Shown here piece by piece: positions 11,567-23,492 of a DNA stretch of 64,000 bases. Origin of the DNA: Microthyrium microscopicum (lineage: Eukaryota). The notes beneath the pieces were generated by a model that saw only the letters and a list, made by a program, of their open reading frames with translations, was not told the DNA's origin and searched no databases. The stretch's first letter is position 1. Every line of letters starts with the position of its first letter. The translations under genes were made by a program, and so were the position numbers. The stretch is taken from contig MU004238.1 of assembly GCA_010405405.1 (NCBI GenBank), positions 569,530-633,529 on the forward strand. The letters are read 5' to 3'.

Positions 11567-12658
11567 TCATTCCTGAACCTTTCCATTTGGATAGAGGGAC
11601 GTTTCATCGCCGTTAGCACAGCAGTCTGGACATACCTCGCCAACCATGACACCAAAACCACCCGCGTGTCGGGGTCTAGTCACCTTTCTCCCATCGGAGT
11701 TAATGAACCGACAGCCTCCCAAAATTGGCTTCGTGTCTGCCAATAGTTGCAGTATCAACATGCCATTGAACTGACCTAAAGATTCCTTCAAAAGAAGCTC
11801 TCGAAATGGCTCGAAGTCGCGCAACAGCAGAATGTAGTTGTTGCATATGTCCAACAATAGCTTGATAAGTGGACTATTCCGGTGCGCGCTGAACATGGTA
11901 GCAGATGATTCAACTACGATGGTGAACTCCTTCAAGAGTGCTTCGTATCTCTGCATGACTTCTTTTCGAGGCTCCAGCTCACGGTCGGGTTGAACCTCAT
12001 CCATGATTCGTTTGAGCTCTTCCAACGCGCGGTCACACAATGATTGTGTCTGGAAGTAGTCGCCAATCCGATAGCAATGGAAGAGGATAGAAAGATTGCT
12101 TCCATTACGCATGACGGTTGGAAAATCGTCTATGTGGTGTCAGTCCTCTGCAAGTAAAGTACTCCTGCCGGATCTTACCCTTATAGATGTGATTAAGGAG
12201 AAGTTCGACATATTTGGGATCTTCGTCGTGTATTTTGATACCTTATGGCCGTTAGTGCATACTTGATAAACCATACAGTGACGTGGTAATTAGAAGGTGC
12301 TGTCTTACATTTCTCCTTTGCTTCCTAGTTGTTGACAAGTTAGTAATTACAACTAAGAAAGCCGAATCTATCAAACGACCGAACTAACCTTGAAGCCACT
12401 TTTGAGCGCTTTACTGAACCATTTCGATGCGCCCCAGACCATAACCCGATGAGCCTATGAAGCGTTAGTCCATAAAATATATCATGATGGCAGTCCGTAC
12501 CTTGAATGTGCGGTCACCGCAAATGATATCAAGATCTGAGAAAGGAGGATTCTCGAAGCTCTCAAGTCTGAATGAAATTAGAACAGTGCTATCCGGCAAA
12601 AGATAAAGCTAAGTACTGACTCGCTGAATTTGTAGCTGAATTTGTGCTTTGGCGCCAT
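11567..12658 (-). CDS. BTB/POZ-domain protein, paralog 1 (6 exons, including a 16-nt microexon)
   Basis: Spliced by hand: MAPKHKFSYKFSE|LESFENPPFSDLDIICGDRTFK|AHRVMVWGASKWFSKALKSGFK|EAKEK|CIKIHDEDPKYVELLLNHIYK|DDFPTV...YRIGDYF. This is a typical fungal BTB pattern; introns are GT-AG. Confidence 0.88.
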
Positions 12659-13242
12659 GTCGTTAGGTTGAGTCGCCTGGAGCACTTGAAGACTCGAAGG
12701 GAATTTGGAAACGCGGATGCAGTTGGCAGACTTGAAGGTATGTAGCTGGAAGAAGTGAGATGCCCAAGTGGCCAGAATATTGGCACGTAATGAAATATCA
12801 TAGTGTGCCGATGATAGCTACTTCCCTTCTGAGCTGGGCAGGCTCTCTTGCACCTTGAGGGAAAGTGCGATTGATAAACATTACCATATACGGAAGGTAC
12901 GTTCTCATCTGTATCGCAACTTCCTCTTGCACTTACCAAACTATGGCCTCCTCTTCCGCCTATCTATATCCTCTCAAACGTTGAGATGCTTGGCCTACTC
13001 GGTCAACTCGCTAGTTTCGTGCTATATACTATATTCATTCATTCATCGAGTGCATTAACTTCCTAAGACGGCGTTGAATTCTTGTGTTTAAGCGAAATTC
13101 AAAATCACACTTGGGCTACATGCATATGGCTAAACTACCTAGCTTGAGGCTAGATAATTCGTTTCCCTGGTCAATATGACTTCCACAGTATCACGGATAT
13201 CAATAACGAAGATCGTGCTTTGTTTGGACGCTCTGCTTTCAT

Positions 13243-14352
13243 TCAACCACTATCCTTCACATAGTGGAGCACATTGTCGGTGTTATAACAGTCGAGACAA
13301 ATCTCTCCAACAATCACACCAAGGGGCAAGATTCCACAACTGTCCTTGTGTTGACCACAGCCCTTTTTAATGCTCACTGACTCGTCCAAGACATGAAGCA
13401 TCAATTTGCAACCAAACTGTCCAATGGTCTCTTCTGATAGTAGCTTTCGGAACGGCTTAAAGTCCCGCAACAACAGGATATACTGATCGCATAGCTCCAT
13501 CAACGCTCGAATGAATGAGTTGTCTAGCTGCGCGCTATAACACTCAACCGAGAGCTGGATCAAAGCGACGAAGTTGTGCAAAAGCGAGTCATACTTTGTG
13601 ACGACTTCCTCGAGAGACTTATGACTTGTTCTTTTGCGATATATTTGATTCATGATTCGCCTGAGCTTTTGTACTGCTTTCTCGCAAAGTGTGCTACTTA
13701 CAAAGTAATCGCCTATACGATAGCAGTGGAAGAGGATTGAAAGATTTGCTCCGTCATTCGATACTGTCGGGAAGTGGCCTATACATGAAGTTGTCAGTTC
13801 TCTTCATCGGCAACAGTACGTAAGCAAACATTTCTACCTTTGTAGATCCAATCAAGAAGTATTTCGATGTACTTGGGATCTTCGTCTTGTATTCTGACAC
13901 CTACGTATGTGACTAACTAGAGCCCGCGTGATGAACATTAGAGTCAGCGAGTCTTACACTGCTCCTCTGCTTCCTAATCGCATGTTAGCTTCTATCTTAT
14001 AAACAAATTCCAAATTAGAGCTGAACTTACCCTGAAATTGCCAGACAATGCTTTTTCGAACCATTCCGATGCACCCCAAACCATGACCCGGTGGACCTGA
14101 GATAAGTTATTAAAGACTTCAAACAGGGCGTCACGAAGGTGCTGCAAAACCAGAGAGCCACTGTGATCAAGTACGTTGGGGAATATCATCCGCTTAAATA
14201 CCTTGAATGTGCTATCACCACATATGATATCAAGATCTGAGAATGGAGTATTCTCGAATTTCTGGAATCTATATGATACAGATTAGTAAAATGGTGTGGA
14301 GCTGGAAGATAGGTCGAGTTACTGACTCGGCGAATTTACGCTTGAGCAACAT
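13243..14352 (-). CDS. BTB/POZ-domain protein, paralog 2 (6 exons, same intron positions)
   Basis: MLLKRKFAE|FQKFENTPFSDLDIICGDSTFK|VHRVMVWGASEWFEKALSGNFR|EAEEQ|CVRIQDEDPKYIEILLDWIYK|GHFPTV...NLSILFHCYRIGDYF, collinear with paralog 1. Confidence 0.88.
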
Positions 14353-14537
14353 CTTGAAACAATCTCAATCGGAGCTTAGAGATTCGAAGAGAATCTAAAG
14401 CCTTGAAGGAAGTTTCAAGCCTCAATGGAAATCCGGAGCCTTGACAAGAGCATGGAGCTTTGAAGAGATTTAGGATCCTTGAAGAGAGTTTGCGCTGTCG
14501 AAGGGATCTTGTACACTTGAAAGAAAGTGGGAGATCC

Positions 14538-14575
14538 GAAAGGAGAGTAGTGATGTGAAGGGAGAGTGGTGATGT
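14538..14575. repeat. Two-copy 19-nt tandem repeat
   Basis: GAAAGGAGAGTAGTGATGT followed by GAAGGGAGAGTGGTGATGT (17/19 identical). Confidence 0.7.
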
Positions 14576-15193
14576 GACGAAGTGACCGTAATGTTGGACA
14601 TCAGAGCCAAAACTTGAGCTGATGAGAGCAACTATGAGCCTTCTCTGTCCAGTAGATTCACCTTGCAACTTGATCAAAGATCAGTCGATGACTATTGTAA
14701 CCTACGAAAGACCTGGTGGCTCATTTGCATCGCAACTTCCTCTCGAGAGTATGGCCTTCGGTGATATCGTTCTATCATCTGCTGTGAGGACGCTCCTCTG
14801 ATGATAGAACAATAGAGCTGTCACCGTCGGCGTTGGCTCATATACTATACGGTCTATTATGTAGTTTCTTATCTCCCTGGGTGGATTTAATTTCTTGACG
14901 TTTTGACCTATGCGATAGGAAATCCAGCACTTTTTCCTTGAGCAGCATTGATGGGCGCCATAACCGCTGTTGGGAGTGTTCCAATCAATTTGCTAGTCAA
15001 ATGTCGTTGATATGCCAGTAATGCTCGAAATTGGCTATGTTAGACAGTTTATGGTACATGCATTATGGGTCTATGAGAAGGATGGTTATGAATTGCAATG
15101 AATCATCAGGCCGTTTATGCCTTGCAAACATATCCAATCCGGCCGATATTCTACAGGCACTCAAACAGTGTGAATGCAAAGCCGCTAAGAGTT

Positions 15194-16998
15194 TCAATCA
15201 TCCAAAGTGATCACTTCCACCTCCTTGATCAGCTTATCAATGTCATCTCCAGCAGAAGCTTGCGAACTCGCCGCCTTCTTCTCGCGATACAGCTTTCCCA
15301 GTATCTCCATCACAGCACCATGACTCGCACCGCTATTCTGTTTCTTGACCGTCTGGAAGTTCTCCTTGATGAACAGCTGATACCCAGACGCAGGCGCTTT
15401 CTTTCGCGGCACAGGCTTGATCTGCACGAGTATCTCCTTGCAAGACCCACAAGCATGCTTCTCTGGATCAATGCTCTTTGAATGCCGCTTATACTCGATG
15501 CCACATTTGGTACACTCCCACACGTACTTGTAGTCGATATCGTAGTTATGCACCGTGGTTACCTCTACACCACGATCGCTAAACGCTTTCGTGCACTTGC
15601 TCGCCCAGACCTTGAACTCTTTCCCATGCGGGTTGTTCTTAACCCGGCTGATCATAAAGTTCGTCAGATGGCAGAATTCGTGCGCGATAGTATTGAATAG
15701 CCGCAGTTCGTCGTCAAGTACTTTGTCTGCCAACTCGATGCTGGCGAAGTGCTTTTCTTCAATGTCTACGGTACCGTCCGAGTGCGTGTGTGTAGTAGTC
15801 GTACACTTCCAATTTGCGCGGCCGGCTGTGGATTGGAGCTTTTTGTTCCATACAATCTTGATTCCGCCAGTACATGCCGAGAGTTCAGCTATTTTGCCGT
15901 TGCAGATCTTGGTGTCGAGTTCGATCAAAAAGTCGACGGCGAGTTGCTCTTTGCGATCGTTGAATGACTTTTTGACGGCTCGCTCGATCTTCTTGGGACT
16001 CTTGATTGGAGATGGCGAGGTTGAGCGGGATTGAAATCGAGAGTCGGATTGAAAGCGATTCTTTTTGGGTGATATTATGGGTGTGTGGGGTGAGTGATGA
16101 TCTATCCAGCCGTTGACTGCGGTAGGTGACCAGAATTCGTCTGACGCGGGTTTGAATGGGGATGGCGGAATGCGAGTAGATTTGGATGGAGACTTCAGCC
16201 GCTCTTTGGGTGGTGGTGATAGTTGAGCTGGTGGAGTAGAGGGCCGAGTCCACTGAGGAATCTTTGCAGGCGATTGATGCTTCTTTGGCTCACTGTGATT
16301 ATTAGCTTCGTGTAACGAGGATCATTATATACATGAGATTTCACTTACTAGACAAGGAAAGCGTCGAAGCCCACCCCAGAAGAGGTTGTTGGCCGGCTCT
16401 GATCCGTCGCAGTTGATGGGCGAGATGATAGGTTTTTGTTTAGTGAGGTATCTTTGATGGTAATTTCTTCAGCGTCACTGATTTTCAGCAATGCCAATGA
16501 TTTGTGGATCTCTAGGTCATTTTTGGGCTTGGTTGCAGTTCGGTTTGATATCATTGCGATAGACTTGGGCTCTGGAATTGCAAAATCAGACTCCGAGCCA
16601 TCCGAATCCGACTCCGACTCTACAACCCGTCTCTTTGTTCTTGATATCAGACCCGCTTTGCTCTTTTGCTCCGTACTGATGGCCATTGTCGATTGCGACT
16701 GCGATTCCGACTTTAACTTTGACGATACTTCCAAGGAGGGGCTTTGTGTGTGTTTCTTAATCCGACGAGCGCTGGATTTGGGAGGAGGTGATAGAGCAGC
16801 TGGTTTTGCGAGGAGAACAGCATTGGGTTCTAGCTTCCGTAAAGCTCGTTGCTTTTTGGGAACGGTTTGCGAGGCATCTTTGGTTGGTGTTGAGTAGGAT
16901 TTAGAAGGACTCGTATATTTCTGGCTTGCTTTTGGCTTAAGGATGAAAACATCGTCGGAATCATTTTCTTCATCACTAGCAATGCGTAGCCGTGCCAT
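15194..16998 (-). CDS. SprT-family metalloprotease with disordered N-terminus, Zn ribbon and HMG-like box (GCNA/ACRC-like)
   Basis: Intron 16293-16348 joins the 216-aa and 244-aa ORFs in frame. Motifs: IVWNKKLQSTAGRA, HEFCH zincin motif, HGKEFKVW, CTKC...CGSC, and C-terminal YQLFIKENFQTVKKQN...VMEILGKLY. Confidence 0.88.
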
Positions 16999-17304
16999 TT
17001 TTTGTTAGGGATGATGGATTTGATACTAATTGGTTGGAATGGTTTTGGTGTGCTGGGTTCAAGGAGAGAGAAGGGAGAAAGCAAAGTTGGTAAACAGCGG
17101 TTGCGGGGGCAGCCAGACCACACCTTAAAAATTTACCACCCCCGATTTCACTGCACACTCATAAAACACGTCAATTTTTTCTGATAATAATTGAAACGTG
17201 AATCACCTAAGTTTTGGAAGCTTATTTTCAAAGTTACCGCTTCTGAATTGCGCTGGGATGTAGCAATCGCGCCTCCAGCCGTTGCTAAGAGTCATCTAGC
17301 CCCT

Positions 17305-18433
17305 TCAAAATATTGCAACCGCATTTGGTGGACTGGCCACTCCTCCAGGCACCTATTTTATCATCAGCAATATTTCTTTACATCTTTAGAGGGTCTACCT
17401 TGAGAGGCATGGAGCTCAAAAAGAACGCAGATCTGCCCAGCTCTTTGCACAACTCGCTGAGTTTCTCCAGATCGAACAATTCACCAATTGGCATGCCCCA
17501 TCCAGCAAGCAGCCATTCATGCAGACAGTGATCATCATCTTGGCCCAGTCCGTGTACAGGAGACATCTGGAAAGCTGGTGCGTCTCCAGCGACTGCGGCG
17601 AACTGATTCTCCCATAAGAACTTGAGCATCTCTTCAGTAGACTCTACTCCCGCGAACTCTGCTACTGGTCTTTCAGACAAGGTTTTCTGCTCTTCTGCCT
17701 TAAGCTTGCTGAAAGCTGCAGTAAATCCTGACCTGATGATTAGGATATCACCGGGGCGGAAGGAGATCTTTTGCTCCTTAATGATCTCCCGAAGATTGGC
17801 AAGAGTTATAGTCGTCGCGCTGAATGGCGTGAGGGGAATGGAATTCTTCTCTGCCCAAGAAGCATAATCAAGCAAAACTCCTCGACCTACAATTCCTCCA
17901 GCGTCCAACCAAGCTATGGTCATGAGCGCCTTGGGTCTGAAACTTATCTCCGTACTTACAATCAATACCAAGGGCGCCAGTATTGGTCAAGTCTTCTTGA
18001 GTCCTGCCCATAAAGTAACGTTTATGCTTGCGATTCCCTTGCACAATCAGTCACTGCACACATGTCTCTGATGTATCATACCATAGTGTCTGAAACCATC
18101 CCATTGACTGCTACTTTGTGTATTAAAGGTCAAAACATCGTCATTGACGGGTCTAAAGACCGATCCTTGGGATTTGTTTATGAACTGATGTTTGAAAGGA
18201 ACTCGTCCATAACTTGGATGGGCTTGACTATCCAATGGCCAATCCAGGGAGGCTCGTTTGCCAGTCTTAATCTCTTCTGCGGCTTGAGCGACAACTTCAG
18301 GAGTAAGTAAATTCAACATCCCTAAAGAATCATCTGGCCCAAAGCGCCCCCATGCATTTCCTGGGGGTCCAGACGGATCCAAGGTCAGTGATGAGAACGC
18401 TGGTGTCTCAGCATTGTGTTTGTTGTTAGACAT
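17305..18433 (-). CDS. Cyclase-family metal-dependent hydrolase (kynurenine formamidase-like), 4 exons
   Basis: NAWGRFGPDDSLGMLNLLTPE, NTQSSSQWDGFRHY, GGIVGRGVLLDY, HEWLLAGWGMPIGELFDLE, and a last exon VPGGVASPPNAVAIF*. Confidence 0.9.
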
Positions 18434-19351
18434 GACGAATCACAACCTCAGCAAATCAGCCTTTGAATCAAGAAAACCTACATTCAAGAGTAAGAAGTAT
18501 GTTTCTTCAGTTTGTCATAGGCATCTACATCATATCAGAAGAGGGGTAAGAAGCCTTCGCAATGACATCTATTCCCGAGGCTGGATAAGTTATATCCACC
18601 CCTGTGTTCCCTGAGCCTCATAAGTAGTGACAGCAACTATTTCTAAGACTTGCCATTATTGAATCCAAATCCTGTGTCTTTCATATGGTCGATGAATGAT
18701 GTCTTAGACTGTTTACAGCCCGTGAAAAAGGTGACGGGGCGTAGGAATAAAACTCACTTTCGCAATTGCGTCCCAGTCATCAAGTCTTCTTCCGCTTCAA
18801 CCCCTACTACTAGTACCTACATCTTCAACGAGCTATACTGTACTGAACTCTAGAGAAGTAGCTGTTCTGTACCACCACGAAGGCGGCCAAATGTTCAACA
18901 ACGTTCAGCACTTACGGCTGTGTATACTCATTATGGTTAGCGCAAAACAGCCACGTGATATCGCGATTCTCCCCACGTTTTCCAGCGCGTTAGGTTTCAA
19001 TTTCCGCGTTTGCTCAGCTCTCAAATCTCTAACGCAGCACCATCCCTTCCCAGATCAGATCTTTAAATTTGGCATTGGGTCTATGAGACCTGTTGGCTCT
19101 CTGAGATTATGAGGAAGCACTAACGTCAATGCGCTTTCCCTTATTATTACGACTAACACCCTAGTTTGGATATAAATCCCCAACCAACACCACGACTCAA
19201 ACCTTTACTTGCTCAAAAGCCAATAAATTGTTAGGAATTATTGTCAGCAAAAAGAATAAAAACTACTGCTTCGACATCGGTTGCATACGAGTCGTTCCTC
19301 AAACTCTGTCAATCCCCCCCTCAATCTCCTCTCCTGCCACAAGTCGCCACC

Positions 19352-21110
19352 ATGGTGTCCACTCGCAAATCGTCCAAAAAGCTGAAGCAGACGAAGTTAG
19401 ACTTCTCAAATAACAGTAGCTCCCCCTCAGCCCCGAAGAAAGCGCCCAAGCGATCAGCAGCCAAACAATCTACCCTCAAATCTTTTCTACCTTCAAGAGG
19501 CAAGAAGCAAAGTCATATAGTTGTATCCAGCGACTCTGACACGATTCAAGGCATTGACACGTCCGACGATGAAGTCTCCGTGAAGAAGCCACCGATCGTG
19601 CCAAGTAGAAACGGCAAAAGGACTACTTTTCAAGTCGACGAGTCCAGTGACTCGGATGACAGTGTCCCTGTAGCTCCACCAAGCGTGAAACGGGCAAGAC
19701 ATCAAAAACAGGCAACCCCCCGGCGCGAATTAATTGTCGAAAGTGAAGAATCGGAAGACTTTCCACCTGTCAAATCTTCGGGGAGGCTACGACGGAGACA
19801 GGTTACTCCAGAAGCGGAGTCGGTGGACGAGGATGATGACGAAGAGGAAGACTCAGATGTTGGTACGCCTCAGCCAAGAAAGCGCAAGCTCGATGATCGC
19901 GAAGAGGAGGACCTTGCAGAAGACATGGATTTTCTGCGAAGTTCACCTCCTGCCATCATGAGTTCTGTGAAGAAGAAGTCAAGACAGTCGGAACAACAAG
20001 AAGCTTTAGCAGATCTCAAAAGAATCCGGGATAGTCGAAATACTCAGCGACCCAAGAAGAAGCAGACGGTGATCTTGGACAGTGACGAGGAGGAAGAAAT
20101 CATGGTCACGAGCTCTAGAGCAGTCAAAGCTAATACTCCAGACTTCATCGTTGATGATGATGATGAAATTGAAGAGGAGGAAGACGATGAAGACGATGAG
20201 CCTACCGCTCGCGACCTATTTCAAGAGAATGAGGAAGATGAGGATTTCATCGCTGATGACGAAGACCTCGAGGATGGAGACCTAATTGGCGTGCCCACCA
20301 ACGACGAAACTCCAATCATGTTCACCAAATGGGCAACCGCAAAGCCAAAAGAACTGTTCCAATTTGCAGTCGAATACCTAGTGCAGAAAAAGATCAATCC
20401 AGGCTTCAACAAAGACAAGGAGATATATATCTTGACGTGGAAGAAGCTTGACGATGAGGTTACTGGTCTTGCCGGCAGCAAATTCTCCTCATCCGTATGG
20501 AACCGCGACTTTACCTTTGCCCTGCAAGCACGGCCACAAATGGACACTTTGATTGCTGGACAGAATGTCTTCAGAGACTGCCAGGCATGCAATCGCTCTA
20601 ACCATACAGCTACGTACGAAGTGCGATTTCATGGTCGACCATACGATCCTCATACTCTTGAGGATGTGGAGCAGGAATATGACGATGATGATTCCGATGA
20701 AGAGACGGACGGTCGCGAGACGAGAGATCGGCATGGAAATGTTCTGGCAGAGGAGGACAGAACGTATGCTCTAGGAAACCACTGCTATGGAAATGCAAGT
20801 GTAGGTCACACGCTTAAGCATTGGCGATACAGTCTGATGGAATGGGTGTTTGACCATCTGAAAGAGACGGGCGTGTTAGCACCAGAGAAGATTGTTGAGC
20901 GAGATAGTTGGAAAACTTCCAAGCGTGAGAAGTTGGTGTATAGCATCATTGCGCAGTGGACGGAAAAGGGGACTATTCATAACCTCTACAAGAGTTACAA
21001 GGCCCAAGTTGATACTGCAAGAGAGTCCAAGGTATGTTGCCTCACAATCGTGGAAGGAAAGTTTTGCTAATCGCATACAGGACAAGTATTCTCGTGGTAA
21101 TTGGAATTGA
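19352..21110 (+). CDS. DUF4211-domain protein (CCDC82-like) with acidic/basic low-complexity N-terminus
   Basis: ATG in CACCATGG context. KELFQFAVEYLVQKKINPGF, GSKFSSSVW, CQACNRSNH...GNHC...HTLKHWRY. A short terminal intron (~21032-21080) precedes DKYSRGNWN*. Confidence 0.75.
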
Positions 21111-21335
21111 TGCTACTTTTTGTATGAAAGGTTGGCTAGATAGATAGTGCCTGTCGTTGGCTACTCAGGATGCCTGCTAACGACTCGAGTAGTCCTTTGA
21201 CCTTAATTATTAATGCATGAATGTGGATACAAATACCTCGATTGTCTGGCAGTAAACTACAATGCTTGTCTAACATGTCCCTGGCGACGCTTGATATAGC
21301 TGTCTAAACGCCTTCCACTGAATAACTCAGAGAAA

Positions 21336-22850
21336 TCATGCAGCCTTTCCTTCTAACATACGTAAGATCGCTGGCACTGAGCTGGGCGGTAGATTTCCCA
21401 GTTCCGTCACAATCATGTCCACATACTCAGCCGGCGTTAGATCATAGAGCAGATTAAGCACTTGCAGCTGCGGCTTGACCTCCATTTCCCGTCGCCAGGC
21501 CTCCCGCTCACTGTCGTGCGGAAGTAGTTCCTCTGATGGTGCTAGCTCATTACCTGCATATGAGTCGACATACACGCGCTCAGTGAATTTGTAGCTTTCA
21601 CAGCAAACAATGCACGGTATATGTCGCTCATGTGCCGCGAGTCCCACTACAGCTGTTCCGATCCGGCTGAACAGTCTCCCATCAGCCATCATCGCATGTG
21701 CCCCTAGCAAGACTTTGGTGGCGCGCGGCATGACATGTGCAATGGCGGCTACAAGCACGTATTCTGTCTCAAGGCCAGCATTCGAAAGGTCTTGTACTAG
21801 ATATTTACCTTCGTACAACGGCTTCGAGTCGACGACGATAGTGATGAACTTCTTGCCTCGCGCATGGGCAGCTAGCAGCACCTTTTTGATGATACTGCTG
21901 TTGGCATACGTGAGGATAATGTCTCCGTCCTTGATTTTCGCTACGGCGGCATTGACGATCACTGTGTCGGCAGCCCTGATGCGCTCGTTTATGAAGGTGT
22001 CGATAACCTCCAAAAGATGTGCTTTGGCGTCGGCTTCGGGCATCTCAGGGTCGACTTTAACGATGGCGTCCTTTAGATGGCGGATCGCATTTCCCATGCC
22101 GATACTGGTTGGGCGTGCGCTTTTGATGTATTCGACTTGTGCCGAAAGGCAGTGTGGAATGAAGTGCCGCGCAAGGGTGTTGTCCGGAGGGATGGTGTAG
22201 TCGCGAATTACCTTTGAAGTCGTTAGCTACGAGAAAACACACAATCGCAAAGGCCAACTTACCGATTTGAAGCATTTTAACATGCCGATGCACCGCGCCG
22301 TGCTGCCACATATTTGGTAGCTGCTGAGTTGTAGGCCAAAGGCTAAGACAGCCGGATGCACGTCTTTGTTGATGTTTTCCAGGCTAGTCCTCCGATATAT
22401 GGAGAATTGTCGAAAAACTCTGTTATCTGGTGTGCTCTTAGGAGCAGCTCGGAGCGGTATGTCGACTTCTTTCTTCGCCTGAGAGACAGCTCCTGCTTCC
22501 TGCCCCTTGCTTTGCTGTTTTCCCTTTTGTTGTGCGCCCGCACTTTGCCGGGGTTGCTGCTGGCCTTTCTTTTGGCTTCCTTTTTGCGGCGTATCCTTCT
22601 TTGGCTGTGAGGCTTCTGGATGCCCGTCTCCTTGACCGCCTGCCTTTGCCGCTGCTCTTTTCGCCTGTTTCTCAGCTTTTGCGCGTTTCTTTAGTTCTGC
22701 CCCAGAAAGCTTAGGGGCCTCTGGTGTCGCTGTTGCTACAGGCGCTGTAGATGATGAAGCAGCGGGGGGCGCAGATGACTCTGCTGATTTAGATTGTTCT
22801 GACGATTTTGACGGAGGAGCCTCACTGCTCGTGGTGGGTTGTGAAGCCAT
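21336..22850 (-). CDS. GCD2: Translation initiation factor eIF2B delta subunit
   Basis: LSGAELKKRAKAEK, VHPAVLAFGLQ...ICGSTARC, intron 22212-22262, VVDSKPLYEG, LLGAHAMMADG, CCESYKFTERV, YDLTPAEY. The start could be an upstream in-frame ATG (23096). Confidence 0.93.
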
Positions 22851-23492
22851 GACGCAAAGGCCTTTTATGAATTTTATAGTCACAGCTTCAGTCTGAATAA
22901 TGGGTCGTATTGGGCCAATATGCCAGGTTCTAAAGGGTCCTTGCTGCTGGACTGGTTGATATGTTGTGCTTGGGCTAACCTCGGGTGGATCTGGGATCTC
23001 GGACTGGCTGTCTTCGATTTCTGGGTTGCTGAGACGGTTTGCGACGGGTTGGAACATGCGATGGAGGAAGGAGAAAAAAGATGACTGGGCGGCCATTGTA
23101 GTCTTCAAATGATATTGTGGCGCACTACCACCGGCTTTAATCTTTGAACTTTCGGAGATTAGCGGGTGGCTGAACAGGGATGATGGGGTCCAAGCTTCGA
23201 TTTTTTTGGTGGAGACTGGAATCCAAGACTCAGCGCGGGACCAATTTGCTGTCTTCTATATAAAAATTTATGGACTCGCAAGTTTCAGCAGGAAAATCGA
23301 CCGATTAAATATCACAAAGCCAAGCAAACAGAAAGAGCTGACTTGACGGGGTTTGACTGCTGCCAGGTCACTCGAGGTTGTCGGTAGCTTCACCTTCAAG
23401 TTTGCTTCACTGCGGCTCCAAGCAACTATCCGCTTCATATACGAAGCATTTTTCACCTCCTTACATTCTTTTACAGCATATCTTCGTTCATA

